From Octopus bimaculoides (taxonomy: Eukaryota), in the NCBI RefSeq assembly GCF_001194135.2, contig NC_068988.1:84753409-84816668 (forward strand): DNA of 63,260 nt. Reading direction: 5' to 3'. Numbering within the stretch: the first letter of the stretch is position 1; every line of letters starts with the position of its first letter. Shown here in pieces: positions 25,191 to 37,195 of this stretch. The notes under the pieces were generated by a model, which searched no databases, was not told where the DNA came from, and was given only the letters and a program-made list of their open reading frames with translations. The translations under genes were made by a program, and so were the position numbers.

Positions 25191-25609
25191 TATTATTATA
25201 TTGCATTTTCTAAAAATAGAATAATCAGTTACAGGCTTTCAACAGGCTAATCAATAGTATATTGTGTTTACAATACATAATGACAAAAGACATGTAAATA
25301 TATAGTTATCGTTTTATTTCATGAGTTACTAACAACTTATAAAATGTTCCACCAAGAAAGATGTTAAAATGCCTCAACAATCCTGAAACTATAATCTGAG
25401 TATTCTAGAGTGTTTGTTTTTCTTCTGTCTAGATAAAACATCTTGTAAGTAATTAGTTAACTTCTGAAACAAAAGTATTACACTCTGCCATCAAATACAT
25501 GATGATTTGCTGACATGTCAGCTGTATGACTAAACCAACCTGTAGTCTGTCTATATTTTCTATCTGCTCCCATCACCTGGCTCTTTTTATGCCTTATTAG
25601 CTTCAAAGC

Positions 25610-26745
25610 AACTCCACTAATGCTGATGTCACAAAAAAGCATCTTTGCTTTTTGCTAGATTGACTCTAAGGCCCTTCGATTCTAGACCTTGCTTCCACAC
25701 CTGAAACTTCTTAGTTCGAGTAGTCACTCAGCTATTAGAGCAAAGTCATCAGCATAATCAGCATAGAGGAACTCCCAGGAGCAGCCTGTCTTGAATTCCT
25801 CTGTTATTGCCTGGAGGACTATGATGAATAAAAGGGGACTGAGGGCTGATCCTTGGTGGACCCTACTTCTATCCGGAATTCTTCCAAGAGTCTAGTAGGT
25901 GCTTTTTACATGCTATCGGCATGGAAGCCAGTCAGGCGGAACTGGCATCGGCCACATTTGAATTCTTCACTATACTTGTTGCCAACCTTCACCTTACTGA
26001 CAGCATCCCTGTACATGGCTTGTACAGCTCTTACCAACTATTCATCTATCCCTAGTTTCCACAGTGACGATCAGATAAGGGAGTGGGGACTCTGTCAAAA
26101 GCTTTCTCCATGTCAACAAAAGCCAAGTACAGAGGTTTATCTTTGGCTGGGAATTTCTCCTGCAGCTGTCTTATCAGAAATATAGCATCAGTGGTGCTTC
26201 TCCTTGACACAAACTGCATCTCATCTAAACTAACTCTCTCCCTAATTAGTTGGGCTATGACCCTCTCTGTGACTTTCATCACCTGATCCAACGATTTGAT
26301 ACCTCTGTAATTATTCCTATCTAATAAGTTACCATTACTTTTGTAGCAGTGATTATGGTGCTACAACACCAGTCATTGGGTATGACTCCTTCATGTATCA
26401 CCTGGTTGACTATACAGGTGACTAGACTATAGCCTAGACTATCGCCTAGACTATAATCTAGACCATCAGATATTTTAAGCATCTCAGTAGTGATTCCTGA
26501 TGGGCCAAGGGCTTTCCCTATCTTCATACACTTAATTGCTTTATCTACCAAGGTACTGTCAATTTGAATAGCCGGTCCCTCTGTTGAGTTGACATTTAGC
26601 AGACTCTCTTTCTCCCATTCATTCATTTAGCAGCTTTTCATAATGGCATTTCCAAGTCTCTCTCTTTGCAGCATCATTAAATGCAAGTGAGCCATCATCC
26701 ATGTGGACGCATTTCTCTCCTATGACATCATAATTTTCTCTCACA
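25610..26745 (-). mobile_element. RTE-clade LINE RT fragment (copy 1)
   Basis: GKALGPSGITTEMLK, RSTTDAIFLIRQLQEK...LAFVDMEKAFDRVP, HQGSVLSPLLF, YADD. Local 12-bp triplication at ~26424-26463. Confidence 0.9.
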
Positions 26746-26756
26746 CACTGTCTTAT

Positions 26757-29150
26757 ATATCATCATCATTATCATCCTTATTTAACATACGTGGTTCATG
26801 CTGGCATGAGTTGGATAGTTTGACCAGAGCTGGGAAGCCAGAGAGCTGCACCAGGCTCCAGTCTGAATTTAGTATGTTTTCTACAGCTGAATGCCCTTCT
26901 TAATGCCAACCACTTTTCTGAATGTGCTGGGCCTTTTACATAGCACCACACAGGTGCTTTTACATGGCACCACACTGGTGCTTTTATGTGGCATCACATG
27001 GTTGCTTTTAAGTGACATTGCTTGGGTACAATTATGTGGCACCACAAGGGCCCTTTTACATGACACCACATGAGTCCTTTTACATGGCACCACCATGAGT
27101 GCTTTTTATGTGACATCAGCACAGGACTGTAGCAGGTCAATCCTCTTCACCAGGGGGACTGAACTTAACACTTCTGCTATAGAGCACAGATATTCTTGAG
27201 TATAACAAGGTGCCAGAAATCCCAGTCCTTTGTCGTCTCACCTGAAAGGTTCAACATCTTGAGGTCATTCTTCAGTACTTTGTCCCTGGGTGTCCCACTT
27301 TCACATGTTCTATCAACTTTGACATCGGCACACTCTTTATGGAGCTGTTAGCACTCATCCACATCAGATGACCAAAGCAGTGCAATCTTCTCTCTTGCAA
27401 GCAACATCTAATTCTTCTTATGCCATACTTCTCTCCCAGTACACTAGCACTCTGCTGAACATGAACAATTACATTACATATACAACAGAGCATGCTAGCC
27501 TCATTCCTCCCTAACCTTTACATGTCCTCTGCATTCAAGGCCCACATCTCACTATCATGTAGAACTGTTATCCATATACATGCATCATACAATCTTTCTT
27601 TCACTTAAAGAGAGAAACCTTTCATAGCCAACAGAGGTAACAACTCTCTGAATTTCCTCCATGATATTCTTATTGTATCTATCACACTCTCTGTGCATCT
27701 TCCCCCACTACTAATTTGGTCTCCTAGGTAGTAGAAATTATCCACTACCTCTAATGAGCCATTAGAACATTTGAGAGAATCAATTTCCAAAGTCTCTGTA
27801 GTTTTTATGGATCCTGTGCATCTTCCACATACAAACACTACCTTCTCAGATAGCTTTCCTATTAATCCACTGCACCTCTTGTGTCTCCATAGCTTACACA
27901 GCATACACCATATGGAGTTCCTGCCAACACCTTTCCTACAAATCAAGCAGAGCCACCTGCCTGAAGGAGTTGGGTTTGGTCCTGTCTATTTTCTTGCTTA
28001 CTAGTCTTTGCTAAGTTAACCTTAATGCCCTTAGATTGCAGGTTTTGCTTCCACACCTGGAATTTCTCTTCTAATTCTGATATGGAATCTGCTGAAGGCA
28101 AGATCATCAACATATAGTAGTTTCCAGGGGCTGCCTGTCTTGAATTCCTCTGTTATAGCCAGGCGGACAATGACGAAAAGAAGAGGAATGAGGAGTGAAC
28201 CTTGATGAACCCCTACCTATACACCAAATTCTTCACTGTACTTGTGGTTAACTCTCACCTTACTGACAGCATCTCTATATATGGTCTGTACAGCTTTCAC
28301 CAGCCACTTGTGTATCCTAAACTTCTTCAAAGTCTACCATATCACACAGCAGGGAACTCTATTGAAGGCTTTCTCTAGATCAATGAATGCCAAGTATAAT
28401 GTTCTATTCTTAGCTAAGTATTTCTCTTGAAGTTGCCTGTCTGTGTAAATAGTGTCAGTAGTGCTTCTCTCCCAGATGAAGCTTAACTGCATTTCATCTA
28501 GCCTAATTTTGCTCCTAATTAAGTGGGCTATAACACTCTCTGTAATTTTTATCGTCTGGTCCAGGAGTTTGATGCCTCTATAATTGCTTCTATCTAAAGC
28601 ATCACCCTTACCCTTGTAGGAGCTAACAATTATTCTGCTGTGCCAGTCACTTCCTGAATGACCTAATTAACTATGTGGGTGACTAGCCCGTATCCTACCT
28701 TACTGGATATTTTGAGCATCTCAACTGTGATTCTGGATGGAGCAGGGTCTTTCCCGGTTTTCATGTTTTTAATTGCCTTATCTACCATACTGATGTTCAC
28801 TAGGATAGCTGGTTCTTCTGTTGGGTTCTCATGACTGAGACTCCCTTTATCCCATTCATTCTCTAAATTCAGCAGTCTCACATAGTAACTTTTCCACACC
28901 TCTCTCTTGTCTAATTCACTAAGTGCAACCATGCCATTATCTCTCTTACAATATCTTGATTCTCACTGACACACAGGCTAGCTATCTGGAACACTGCAAG
29001 TATCTGATTTTCATGCTGTAGGACATAGGCAAACTTCTTTTCTGCTTCTAACCTGGCTAGATAAACCTGATGTCTAGCCTCCTTTTTAATTTTCTGATAT
29101 GATTCTTTGCTATCCCCCTCTTTTTCATTCCTTCCAGACCTGTCTCTTCT
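26757..29150 (-). mobile_element. RTE-clade LINE (copy 2) with RT, C-terminus, 3'UTR and (GAT)n tail
   Basis: GKDPAPSRITVEMLK, ICRKGVGRNSIWCMLCKLWRHKRCSGL, WRKFRELLPLLAMKG, QERRLHCFGHLMWM. The ORF ends near 27170 and is followed by a 3'UTR with a ~23-bp tandem expansion (26930-27115) and the shared tail. Confidence 0.9.
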
Positions 29151-29469
29151 CTTTTATGGCCCTGTCAACATCACTGTTCTACAACCATGTTACCCTTGGC
29201 CTGGTAGAGATTTTGCTCCAACCACAGATTTGATCTGTTGCTATGTCTTCCTCATAAACTTCAATTTTGGCATGGTTTTTTACAGCTGGATACACTTCCT
29301 ATCACCAACCGTTTTACAGAGTGTACTGGCTACATTTTATCACATCACCAGCATGGTTTGCTTGTATCCTGCATGACAAAAGTGGTAGGAGGCATACTGC
29401 TCTACAGTACCTCCATTAACTCAGGATATGATCAACAGAATGAGAAGAGTTTGTGTTTACAGAAATGAA

Positions 29470-30300
29470 CTATTGTGAGAGGGTGAAAGAAGTGAGAGAA
29501 TAATAAATGAGGCAAAGTGATTGAGTGAGAATGTGGAAGAAGGAGGGATGAGAGAGAACAAGATAGCACTACAAGGAATAATGGATGTGGTTATATGTTT
29601 GCAGTTAAGTGGGTGTGAAGGGGGTGTATTGGATACCAGCAGTTTTAATGTAATATTCGTCTTTCTCAACATTTCGGTCAACATACACCACCTCATTCTT
29701 ACCACCTCCATCCACTACACACACACTGACTCACACTCATACCTCAGTTTCTCCTCCTCCCACCCTACACACACCAAGCTCTCCATCCCCTACTTCCAAT
29801 TCCTCCGTCTGTGCAGGCTCTGCAGTGACAACCATGACTTTGAGACTCAGTCTCAACTGATGGCTTACCACTTCATACTTTGTGAATATCCCCTCACCAC
29901 TTTCCACACCACTTTCCACACCACTTTCCACACCATCCTTGCCAGAGCATGTTCCATGGACCGTGCCTCTGCTCTCTCTCCCCACACCCACCCCGCTGTT
30001 ATCCATCTCCCATTTCCCCTCACCTACCACCCCTCCACTCTGCCTCTCCAATACCCCATTCTCCAAGAGACACTAATTGCTTCGAGGTGTGAGAGAGATT
30101 GTGATGGGTAGTTATAGAAATGATTGGTGGCAGTAAGAAAGTGTGATGGATACCAGTAATGTGCGACCAGGAGGAGTGCTAGCAGTATAGATGTGTAGTG
30201 TCATATGTACGAGAGAACAAGAGTCATAAATAGCCAAGATGGTGATTGTAAGAAAGTGATGGATGTCAATAAGAGTGACCAAGTGAGGAAAGAAGGTGGG
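29470..30300 (-). mobile_element. Very degenerate C/T-rich LINE-like remnant hosting the PLE duplicate
   Basis: Flanks of 29661-30067 read on the minus strand as weak APE-like peptides (LIDIHH..., LVSNTPPSHP). Low similarity. Confidence 0.3.
29661..30067 (+). repeat. Near-identical partial duplicate of the PLE RT (32020-32402)
   Basis: By manual alignment, 5 substitutions in 383 bp plus two extra copies of the 12-mer cactttccacac. Confidence 0.95.
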
Positions 30301-30333
30301 GTGCGTGTGTGTGTGTATCTATCTGTTTGTCTG

Positions 30334-30384
<51 letters not shown>

Positions 30385-30390
30385 GTCTAT

Positions 30391-30424
<34 letters not shown>

Positions 30425-30480
30425 CTCTTGTAAAAAACATAAATTTGAAAGATTAAGCACATTCTAAGATGTAGAGCAGT

Positions 30481-30664
30481 ATATATTAAAATTGGGGAAG
30501 GCTGGTTTATGGGATTACTTTAGGTTTCCCGTCCGTAAAGGGTTTAGCTTTGTGGCGTATCATCAGATCCCAAAAACCTGTTATGCCATAAAGCTAAACC
30601 CTTTATGGATGGGGAACCTAAGGTAATCTCATAAATCGGGTGGCCTTCCCCAATTTTAATATAT
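30481..30664 (+). other. 184-bp foldback / MITE-like palindrome
   Basis: Arms 30481-30559 and 30582-30664 with a 22-nt loop. 79 pairs = 70 Watson-Crick + 9 G-T, one 4-nt bulge, ATATAT termini. Confidence 0.95.
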
Positions 30665-30687
30665 TATCATCATCATCATCATTTAAC

Positions 30688-30723
<36 letters not shown>

Positions 30724-30724
30724 C

Positions 30725-32930
30725 TCCTCCCCACATACACTTACCCCTCCTCTCTCTCCTCCCAGCCTTCCACTACCCCACCACCTCTTCCACATCTGAT
30801 CCATTCACCCCCGCCCCACTTCAATCTGTTGTTGCCATTCCTCCTGATCTTCCCCTCTCTGAGGCGAAACGCTCTCTTTTCAGTNNNNNNNNNNNNNNNN
30901 NNNNNNNNNNNNNNNNNNNNNNNNNNNNNNNNNNNNNNNNNNNNNNNNNNNNNNNNNNNNNNNNNNNNNNNNNNNNNNNNNNNNNNNNNNNNNNNNNNNN
31001 NNNNNNNNNNNNNNNNNNNNNNNNNNNNNNNNNNNNNNNNNNNNNNNNNNNNNNNNNNNNNNNNNNNNNNNNNNNNNNNNNNNNNNNNNNNNNNNNNNNN
31101 NNNNNNNNNNNNNNNNNNNNNNNNNNNNNNNNNNNNNNNNNNNNNNNNNNNNNNNNNNNNNNNNNNNNNNNNNNNNNNNNNNNNNNNNNNNNNNNNNNNN
31201 NNNNNNNNNNNNNNNNNNNNNNNNNNNNNNNNNNNNNNNNNNNNNNNNNNNNNNNNNNNNNNNNNNNNNNNNNNNNNNNNNNNNNNNNNNNNNNNNNNNN
31301 NNNNNNNNNNNNNNNNNNNNNNNNNNNNNNCTCCTCCTGCTCCCTCCCACCGCCTCCAACCTCATTGTCTGCACTCCTCGCACCCCCACCATTTACTTCC
31401 TTCCCAAAATCCACAAATCCAACAATCCTGGCCGCTCCATTGTCTCTGCCTGTAACTGCCTCATGGAACTCATCTCTAAATACCTTGACTGTGTCCTTGC
31501 CTCCCTAGTGGCTTCCCTCCCCTTACACATCCATGACACTAACCATGCTCTTCGTCTTTTCAACTCTTTCTCCTTCCTTCCTGGCCCCTCTAAACTTCTC
31601 TTCACTCTTGATATCAAGAGTCTATATATGGTGATCCCACAACACAAAGGACTTCTTGCTCTGAAACACTACCTAGACCTTCGACCTAACTCGCAACCTG
31701 ACATGTCCACACTTCTTCATCTGGCCGAACTTGTTCTCTCCCTTACCTGCTTCTCATTCGCGGGGGAGTTTTACTAACAGGTCTCGGGAGTGGCCATGAA
31801 AACAAGAATGGGCCCCAACTATGTGAACCTGTTTGTTGGCTATGTTGAGGCCCAAATATTATCAAGATTCACTGGTCCTACTCCCGAACTATATGGCTGT
31901 TATATTGATGACTGTATCGGTACAACCTCGCTCTCCCATGAACAACTAGACTCCTTCCTCTCTTTTGTCCAATCTTTCCATCCTGCCCTCGAATTCTCCA
32001 TTTCCAACACTTCCATCATCTTTCTCAACATTTCGGTCAACATACATCACCTCATTCTCACCACCTCCATCCACTACACACACACTGACTCACACTCATA
32101 CCTCAGTTTCTCCTCCTCCCACCCTACACACACCAAGCTCTCCATCCCCTACTTCCAATTCCTCCGTCTGTGCAGGCTCTGCAGTGACAACCATGACTTT
32201 GAGACTCAGTCTCAACTGATGGCTTACCACTTCATACTTTGTGAATATCCCCTCACCACTTTCCACACCATCCTTGCCAGAGCATGTTCCATGGACCGTG
32301 CCTCTGCTCTCTCTCCCCACACCCACCCTGCTATTATCCATCTCCCATTTCCCCTCACCTACCACCCCTCCACCCTGCCTCTCCAATACCCCATTCTCCA
32401 AGCCTTCTGGTTACTCCATTCTGACCCCTCCACTTCACACATCTTCCCCAACCTACCACTCCCATCCTTTCAACAAGCCCACAACCTACGTGACCTCCTG
32501 GTCTACAATTTCTTCCCTAACCCCACCTCCCAGCCTGGCTTGTTCCCCTGCTCCCACCCATGCTGCTGCACTTACCCCTACCTCTCCAACACCACCATCC
32601 TCACAGGCACCCATCATCATCCCTATCATATCACTGACTCCTTTACATGCACTTCTTGCAATGTCATTTACTGCATCTCCTGCTCTTTCTGTCCTTCTCT
32701 GTACATTAGTCAAACAGGACGCCGCTTGGCTGACCAGTTTGCGGAGCACCTCTGAGACATTAGACTTGGCAACGACACCCCAGTCTCATGCCACTTCTGC
32801 TCTACTGGTCATTCGTTACAACACCTGTCTGTATTTGGACTGTTTTTGCACAGGGGCCATCTGACCTCCCACTATGCCGTGAACAGGAATTATTCTTCTC
32901 TCTTCTCTCCTTTGTGCCACATGGGCTCAA
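30725..32930 (+). mobile_element. Penelope-like element (Neptune-type), RT plus GIY-YIG endonuclease, decayed
   Basis: IPPDLPLSEAKRSL before the gap. Then IYFLPKIHKSNNPGRSIVSACNC, LFTLDIKSLY, QVSGVAMKTRMGPNYVNLF, YIDDCIG, a Cys-rich linker, and NVIYCISCSFCPSLYISQTGRRL..F.EH. Stops at 31775-31777 and 32753-32755, frameshift near 32875. Confidence 0.9.
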
Positions 32931-33991
32931 ATCCCCTCCTCTCTTCATCTGATTCCCTTCCTCTCTCCTCTCTTCATCTCACACCTACTTCCTCTCTTCA
33001 CTCCTACCCACCTTCTACTTCATTGTTACCCCCTCTGTCCACATCCCACCCCTACACATCCGGACTCACCATCCCAACACATCCAAACCCCACCATCTCA
33101 ATACATCTCAGCCCCATCACCCCACCCACCCACACCTCNNNNNNNNNNNNNNNNNNNNNNNNNNNNNNNNNNNNNNNNNNNNNNNNNNNNNNNNNNNNNN
33201 NNNNNNNNNNNNNNNNNNNNNNNNNNNNNNNNNNNNNNNNNNNNNNNNNNNNNNNNNNNNNNNNNNNNNNNNNNNNNNNNNNNNNNNNNNNNNNNNNNNN
33301 NNNNNNNNNNNNNNNNNNNNNNNNNNNNNNNNNNNNNNNNNNNNNNNNNNNNNNNNNNNNNNNNNNNNNNNNNNNNNNNNNNNNNNNNNNNNNNNNNNNN
33401 NNNNNNNNNNNNNNNNNNNNNNNNNNNNNNNNNNNNNNNNNNNNNNNNNNNNNNNNNNNNNNNNNNNNNNNNNNNNNNNNNNNNNNNNNNNNNNNNNNNN
33501 NNNNNNNNNNNNNNNNNNNNNNNNNNNNNNNNNNNNNNNNNNNNNNNNNNNNNNNNNNNNNNNNNNNNNNNNNNNNNNNNNNNNNNNNNNNNNNNNNNNN
33601 NNNNNNNNNNNNNNNNNNNNNNNNNNNNNNNNNNNNNNNNNNNNNNNNNNNNNNNNNNNNNNNNNNNNNNNNNNNNNNNNNNNNNNNNNNNNNNNNNNNN
33701 NNNNNNNNNNNNNNNNNNNNNNNNNNNNNNNNNNNNNNNNNNNNNNNNNNNNNNNNNNNNNNNNNNNNNNNNNNNNNNNNNNNNNNNNNNNNNNNNNNNN
33801 NNNNNNNNNNNNNNNNNNNNNNNNNNNNNNNNNNNNNNNNNNNNNNNNNNNNNNNNNNNNNNNNNNNNNNNNNNNNNNNNNNNNNNNNNNNNNNNNNNNN
33901 NNNNNNNNNNNNNNNNNNNNNNNNNNNNNNNNNNNNNNNNNNNNNNNNNNNNNNNNNNNNNNNNNNNNNNNNNNNNNNNNNNNNNNNNNNN

Positions 33992-34032
<41 letters not shown>

Positions 34033-34734
34033 AGATCATATGAGCTATGTGAATCCATATTATAAATACACTTTCACTTGTTAAAATAGAACACAGACTG
34101 ACATATAATATAGTCCTCTATCATGAATGGTATATTAGGAGAAATAGGATAGTGTTGGAAAAAGAACTTCAATTATAATACCCTTCATATTCTATTTTCA
34201 AATCCCTCAAAAGATGTCTTTGCCATTCATTCATCAAGGGATCACTAAAATAAGTATTTATCAAATTGTGGAGTTGATAAAATAGTCCTTTCCCTATCTC
34301 TCATATTTGAGTTCTGGTGCTTTCCTCTATTAGAAATCAATATGTCTCATACTCAATAACACATAATATTCTGGAATGGGACGGGACTATTCATACATTT
34401 TTATTAAGACTGAATATTTTTTTAAAAGTTTTATTTTCTTTAGATTTTTCATTACTTTATTTTATCAATTTGATATCTGAAATTTGATAGAAAGCTAGCT
34501 GTCTACTTAGATTTTGTATGTTTCCAGCTTGAGATAGAAGTCTTGATCTTGTTCAGTTTCTGGAGAACTTCCTTCCTTTATTGGTATTTCATGGCAAAAT
34601 AAGTTGTTGATAATTTCCCACACCCTCCTAAGCTACCTGTTCAGTATTTTTTTTTTTTTCGTTATGATTAGTAATGTATCTTCTATCAAAAATTTGAAAC
34701 TTCAGATAATAATAATGATGATGATGATGATGAT

Positions 34735-34922
34735 AATCCTTTCGACAATAGGCACAATGCCTGCAATTTGGGGAAGGCGGTTAGTCGATTACATTAACCC
34801 CAAAAGGATGAAAGGCAAAGTCAACCTCAGCGGAATTATAAACTCAGAACATAAAGTCAGAAGAAACTGCTACCAAGCATTTTGTCCAGTGTGTTAAACA
34901 TTCTGCCAGCTCGTTGCCCCTA
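34735..34922 (-). mobile_element. Family C SINE
   Basis: ggcacaatgcc...ggatgaaaggcaaagtcaacctcagcgg...actcagaac...tgccagctcg. Confidence 0.8.
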
Positions 34923-35049
34923 CCACAACAAGAACAACAATAACAATAATAATAATTTGCCACAAGGGCATCAGATGATGGGAACATTACAAGGAAAGTC
35001 TACAATTTGTGTAGGTTTTTCACATAAAAGATAAGGGGAAGAAAGGGGG

Positions 35050-35760
35050 AGAAGGGTGAAATGAGATAAAAGTGTAGAGTATACAAAATATGTGAACACA
35101 TCTATGATGCAGTGCTCCTGATACTGGAAAACATCTGACTAGGGCCAGTCAAGGAACCCCACAGGTCTAGGCTCCTGAGCACCAATACCACAAAGCCCTT
35201 GCCCAACTACTGTTGTTCTCCAATCTTTAGGTGCATACTTAGATCAGATTTACTTACCCTAACCATTTTTGTCCCAGTCACCCACCTTTTGACAAAATCA
35301 CTGAGAGAACACTTTCTTCTCTGTTTTCACTTTCCTTTCCAAGTGGAACTTTAAATAATTTATGAGGAAGGTGTCTTTTCTCTAATCTTTCAGCCTTGTC
35401 CATCACACAGCCTCTTTTGTTATAGTTAATATACAGAGGTATACCACCTGCCTTGCCCTGTAAAAGGTGGGATGATCCTTGTGATAGGCCTGGCCAATAG
35501 TTGGATTCATCCTACATGTGACAACAGCTGTTCAGCATAACTTCACTGGTCACAATGCTTGGACTCTGCATGAGCATGTGTAGTATGGGTTCATCTTTCT
35601 ATATGCATCTAAGACAGTCTAACATGGCAGCATTTGCTTGTAGAATTTATTTTGAACTTGTAGTGACCCTCAGTAGCACTGCCAGATTAGGGATTTCTGG
35701 AAGTTATCTATGGATAGTTCTCTCCCCAAAAGTCCTAATTAGCCACAAGGAAATGAAGAG
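35050..35760 (-). mobile_element. Degenerate LINE C-terminal remnant
   Basis: Minus-strand KAERLEKRHLPHKLF resembles the LINE C-terminal R-M-xx-R-xPK-x-L motif. Otherwise decayed. Confidence 0.3.
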
Positions 35761-36276
35761 ATACAAAAAATATTAAATTTTTACTAGAGATTATAAAGAA
35801 AGAAAAGATAAGATAATGTGGAAAATGAAAAAAATGTTTACAAATATGAAAGGAGTGGGTAAGAGATGTGAAACAATATATTCACAATACATGAATGTTG
35901 ATATTTCACTTATCCCCATACAAGCAAAGCAGTGTTAATGATGACATTTCTTGTTAACATTATGAATGGTCACTCTATGATTTCAAAGACTGGTGGGAAT
36001 ATAAAAATCTCATATCTGTAAAAACATGTTGCAAGGGTTGGCAAAAGGAAAAGCATCTGACAGTACAATCATGCCTCAAAATCAATTTCAGTACAAGTTA
36101 TGCTAACATGGAAAGGTAGATGTTAAAATAAGCAAATGAACGATTTTTTAATTGTTATAAATGTACATGTAATATATAACGTATACACATGGACATAAAT
36201 ACAGACATGCATACAAAACCACCACAAATGCAGTCTCTGTACATAATTGCAATTGTATTTAACAAAGTAAATTTTC

Positions 36277-36315
<39 letters not shown>

Positions 36316-36317
<2 letters not shown>

Positions 36318-36343
36318 CTGAATTGTTTTTCTCTTTATTGCAG
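36316..36343 (+). promoter_or_regulatory. Splice acceptor of the Di-Ras coding exon
   Basis: Polypyrimidine tract tttctgaattgtttttctctttattgCAG, AG at 36342-36343, 33 nt upstream of the ATG. Confidence 0.8.
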
Positions 36344-36376
36344 GCATCAAAGGATCGGTCAGTGCGACTTCGAGTG

Positions 36377-36973
36377 ATGCCAGAGCAGAGCAATGACTAC
36401 AGAGTGGTAGTGTTTGGTGCAGGGGGTGTGGGAAAGAGTTCCCTCGTTCTCAGATTTGTACGAGGGACATTCCGCGAAAGCTACATCCCAACAATTGAAG
36501 ACACTTATCGGCAAGTTATCAGCTGCAACAAACAAGTGTGCACGCTGCAAATCACGGACACAACGGGCAGCCATCAGTTCCCCGCCATGCAGCGCCTATC
36601 CATTTCAAAAGGACACGCCTTCATTTTGGTCTACTCTATCACAAGCAGGCAATCGCTGGAAGAGCTTAAGCCAATATTCAGTGAAATTACAGAGATCAAA
36701 GGAGACGTTGACAGCATCCCAATCATGCTGGTGGGCAACAAGTGCGACGAAACTAGTCGTGAGGTGACTCAGAACGTAGGAGCTGAACTGGCCAAACGCT
36801 GGAACTGTGCCTATCTCGAAACTTCAGCAAAGACAAATCACAATGTGAAGGAACTATTCCAAGAACTGTTGCAGTTGGAGAAGAGAAGAACTATGAGCCT
36901 GCAACTGGAGACAAAGAAAACAAAATCCCAGAAACGCAAGGAGAAGTTAAAGGGGAAATGTGTTGTTATGTAA
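36377..36973 (+). CDS. DIRAS: Di-Ras family small GTPase (198 aa), uninterrupted CDS
   Basis: [21 protein letters not shown] (G1), YIPTIEDTY (G2), the Di-Ras-diagnostic DTTGSHQF (G3), NKCD (G4), ETSAK (G5), a polybasic tail and CAAX CVVM. Purine at -3. No orthology to DIRAS1 versus DIRAS2 is claimed. Confidence 0.97.
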   Translation: MPEQSNDYRVVVFGAGGVGKSSLVLRFVRGTFRESYIPTIEDTYRQVISCNKQVCTLQITDTTGSHQFPAMQRLSISKGHAFILVYSITSRQSLEELKPIFSEITEIKGDVDSIPIMLVGNKCDETSREVTQNVGAELAKRWNCAYLETSAKTNHNVKELFQELLQLEKRRTMSLQLETKKTKSQKRKEKLKGKCVVM

Positions 36974-37145
36974 AACAAAACAACAACAAATGTTGCAAAA
37001 CAGCAAAGAACAATAAGATCATGTATGTGATATATATATATATTTATACACATACACATACGCACACTCATACACATGCATACAGTATATGTGTGTGTGA
37101 ATATGTATGTAGATTTATAAACATATACACATATATATGTGTGTC

Positions 37146-37195
<50 letters not shown>

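Noticed and set aside
36323-36376. 216-aa Di-Ras start in the ORF track (MFFSLLQ...)
   Set aside because: It begins at a TTG inside the intronic polypyrimidine tract. The exon starts at 36344 and the first ATG is 36377.
36359-36767. Alternative-frame and antisense ORFs over Di-Ras
   Set aside because: Shadow ORFs of a real coding exon with no independent support.
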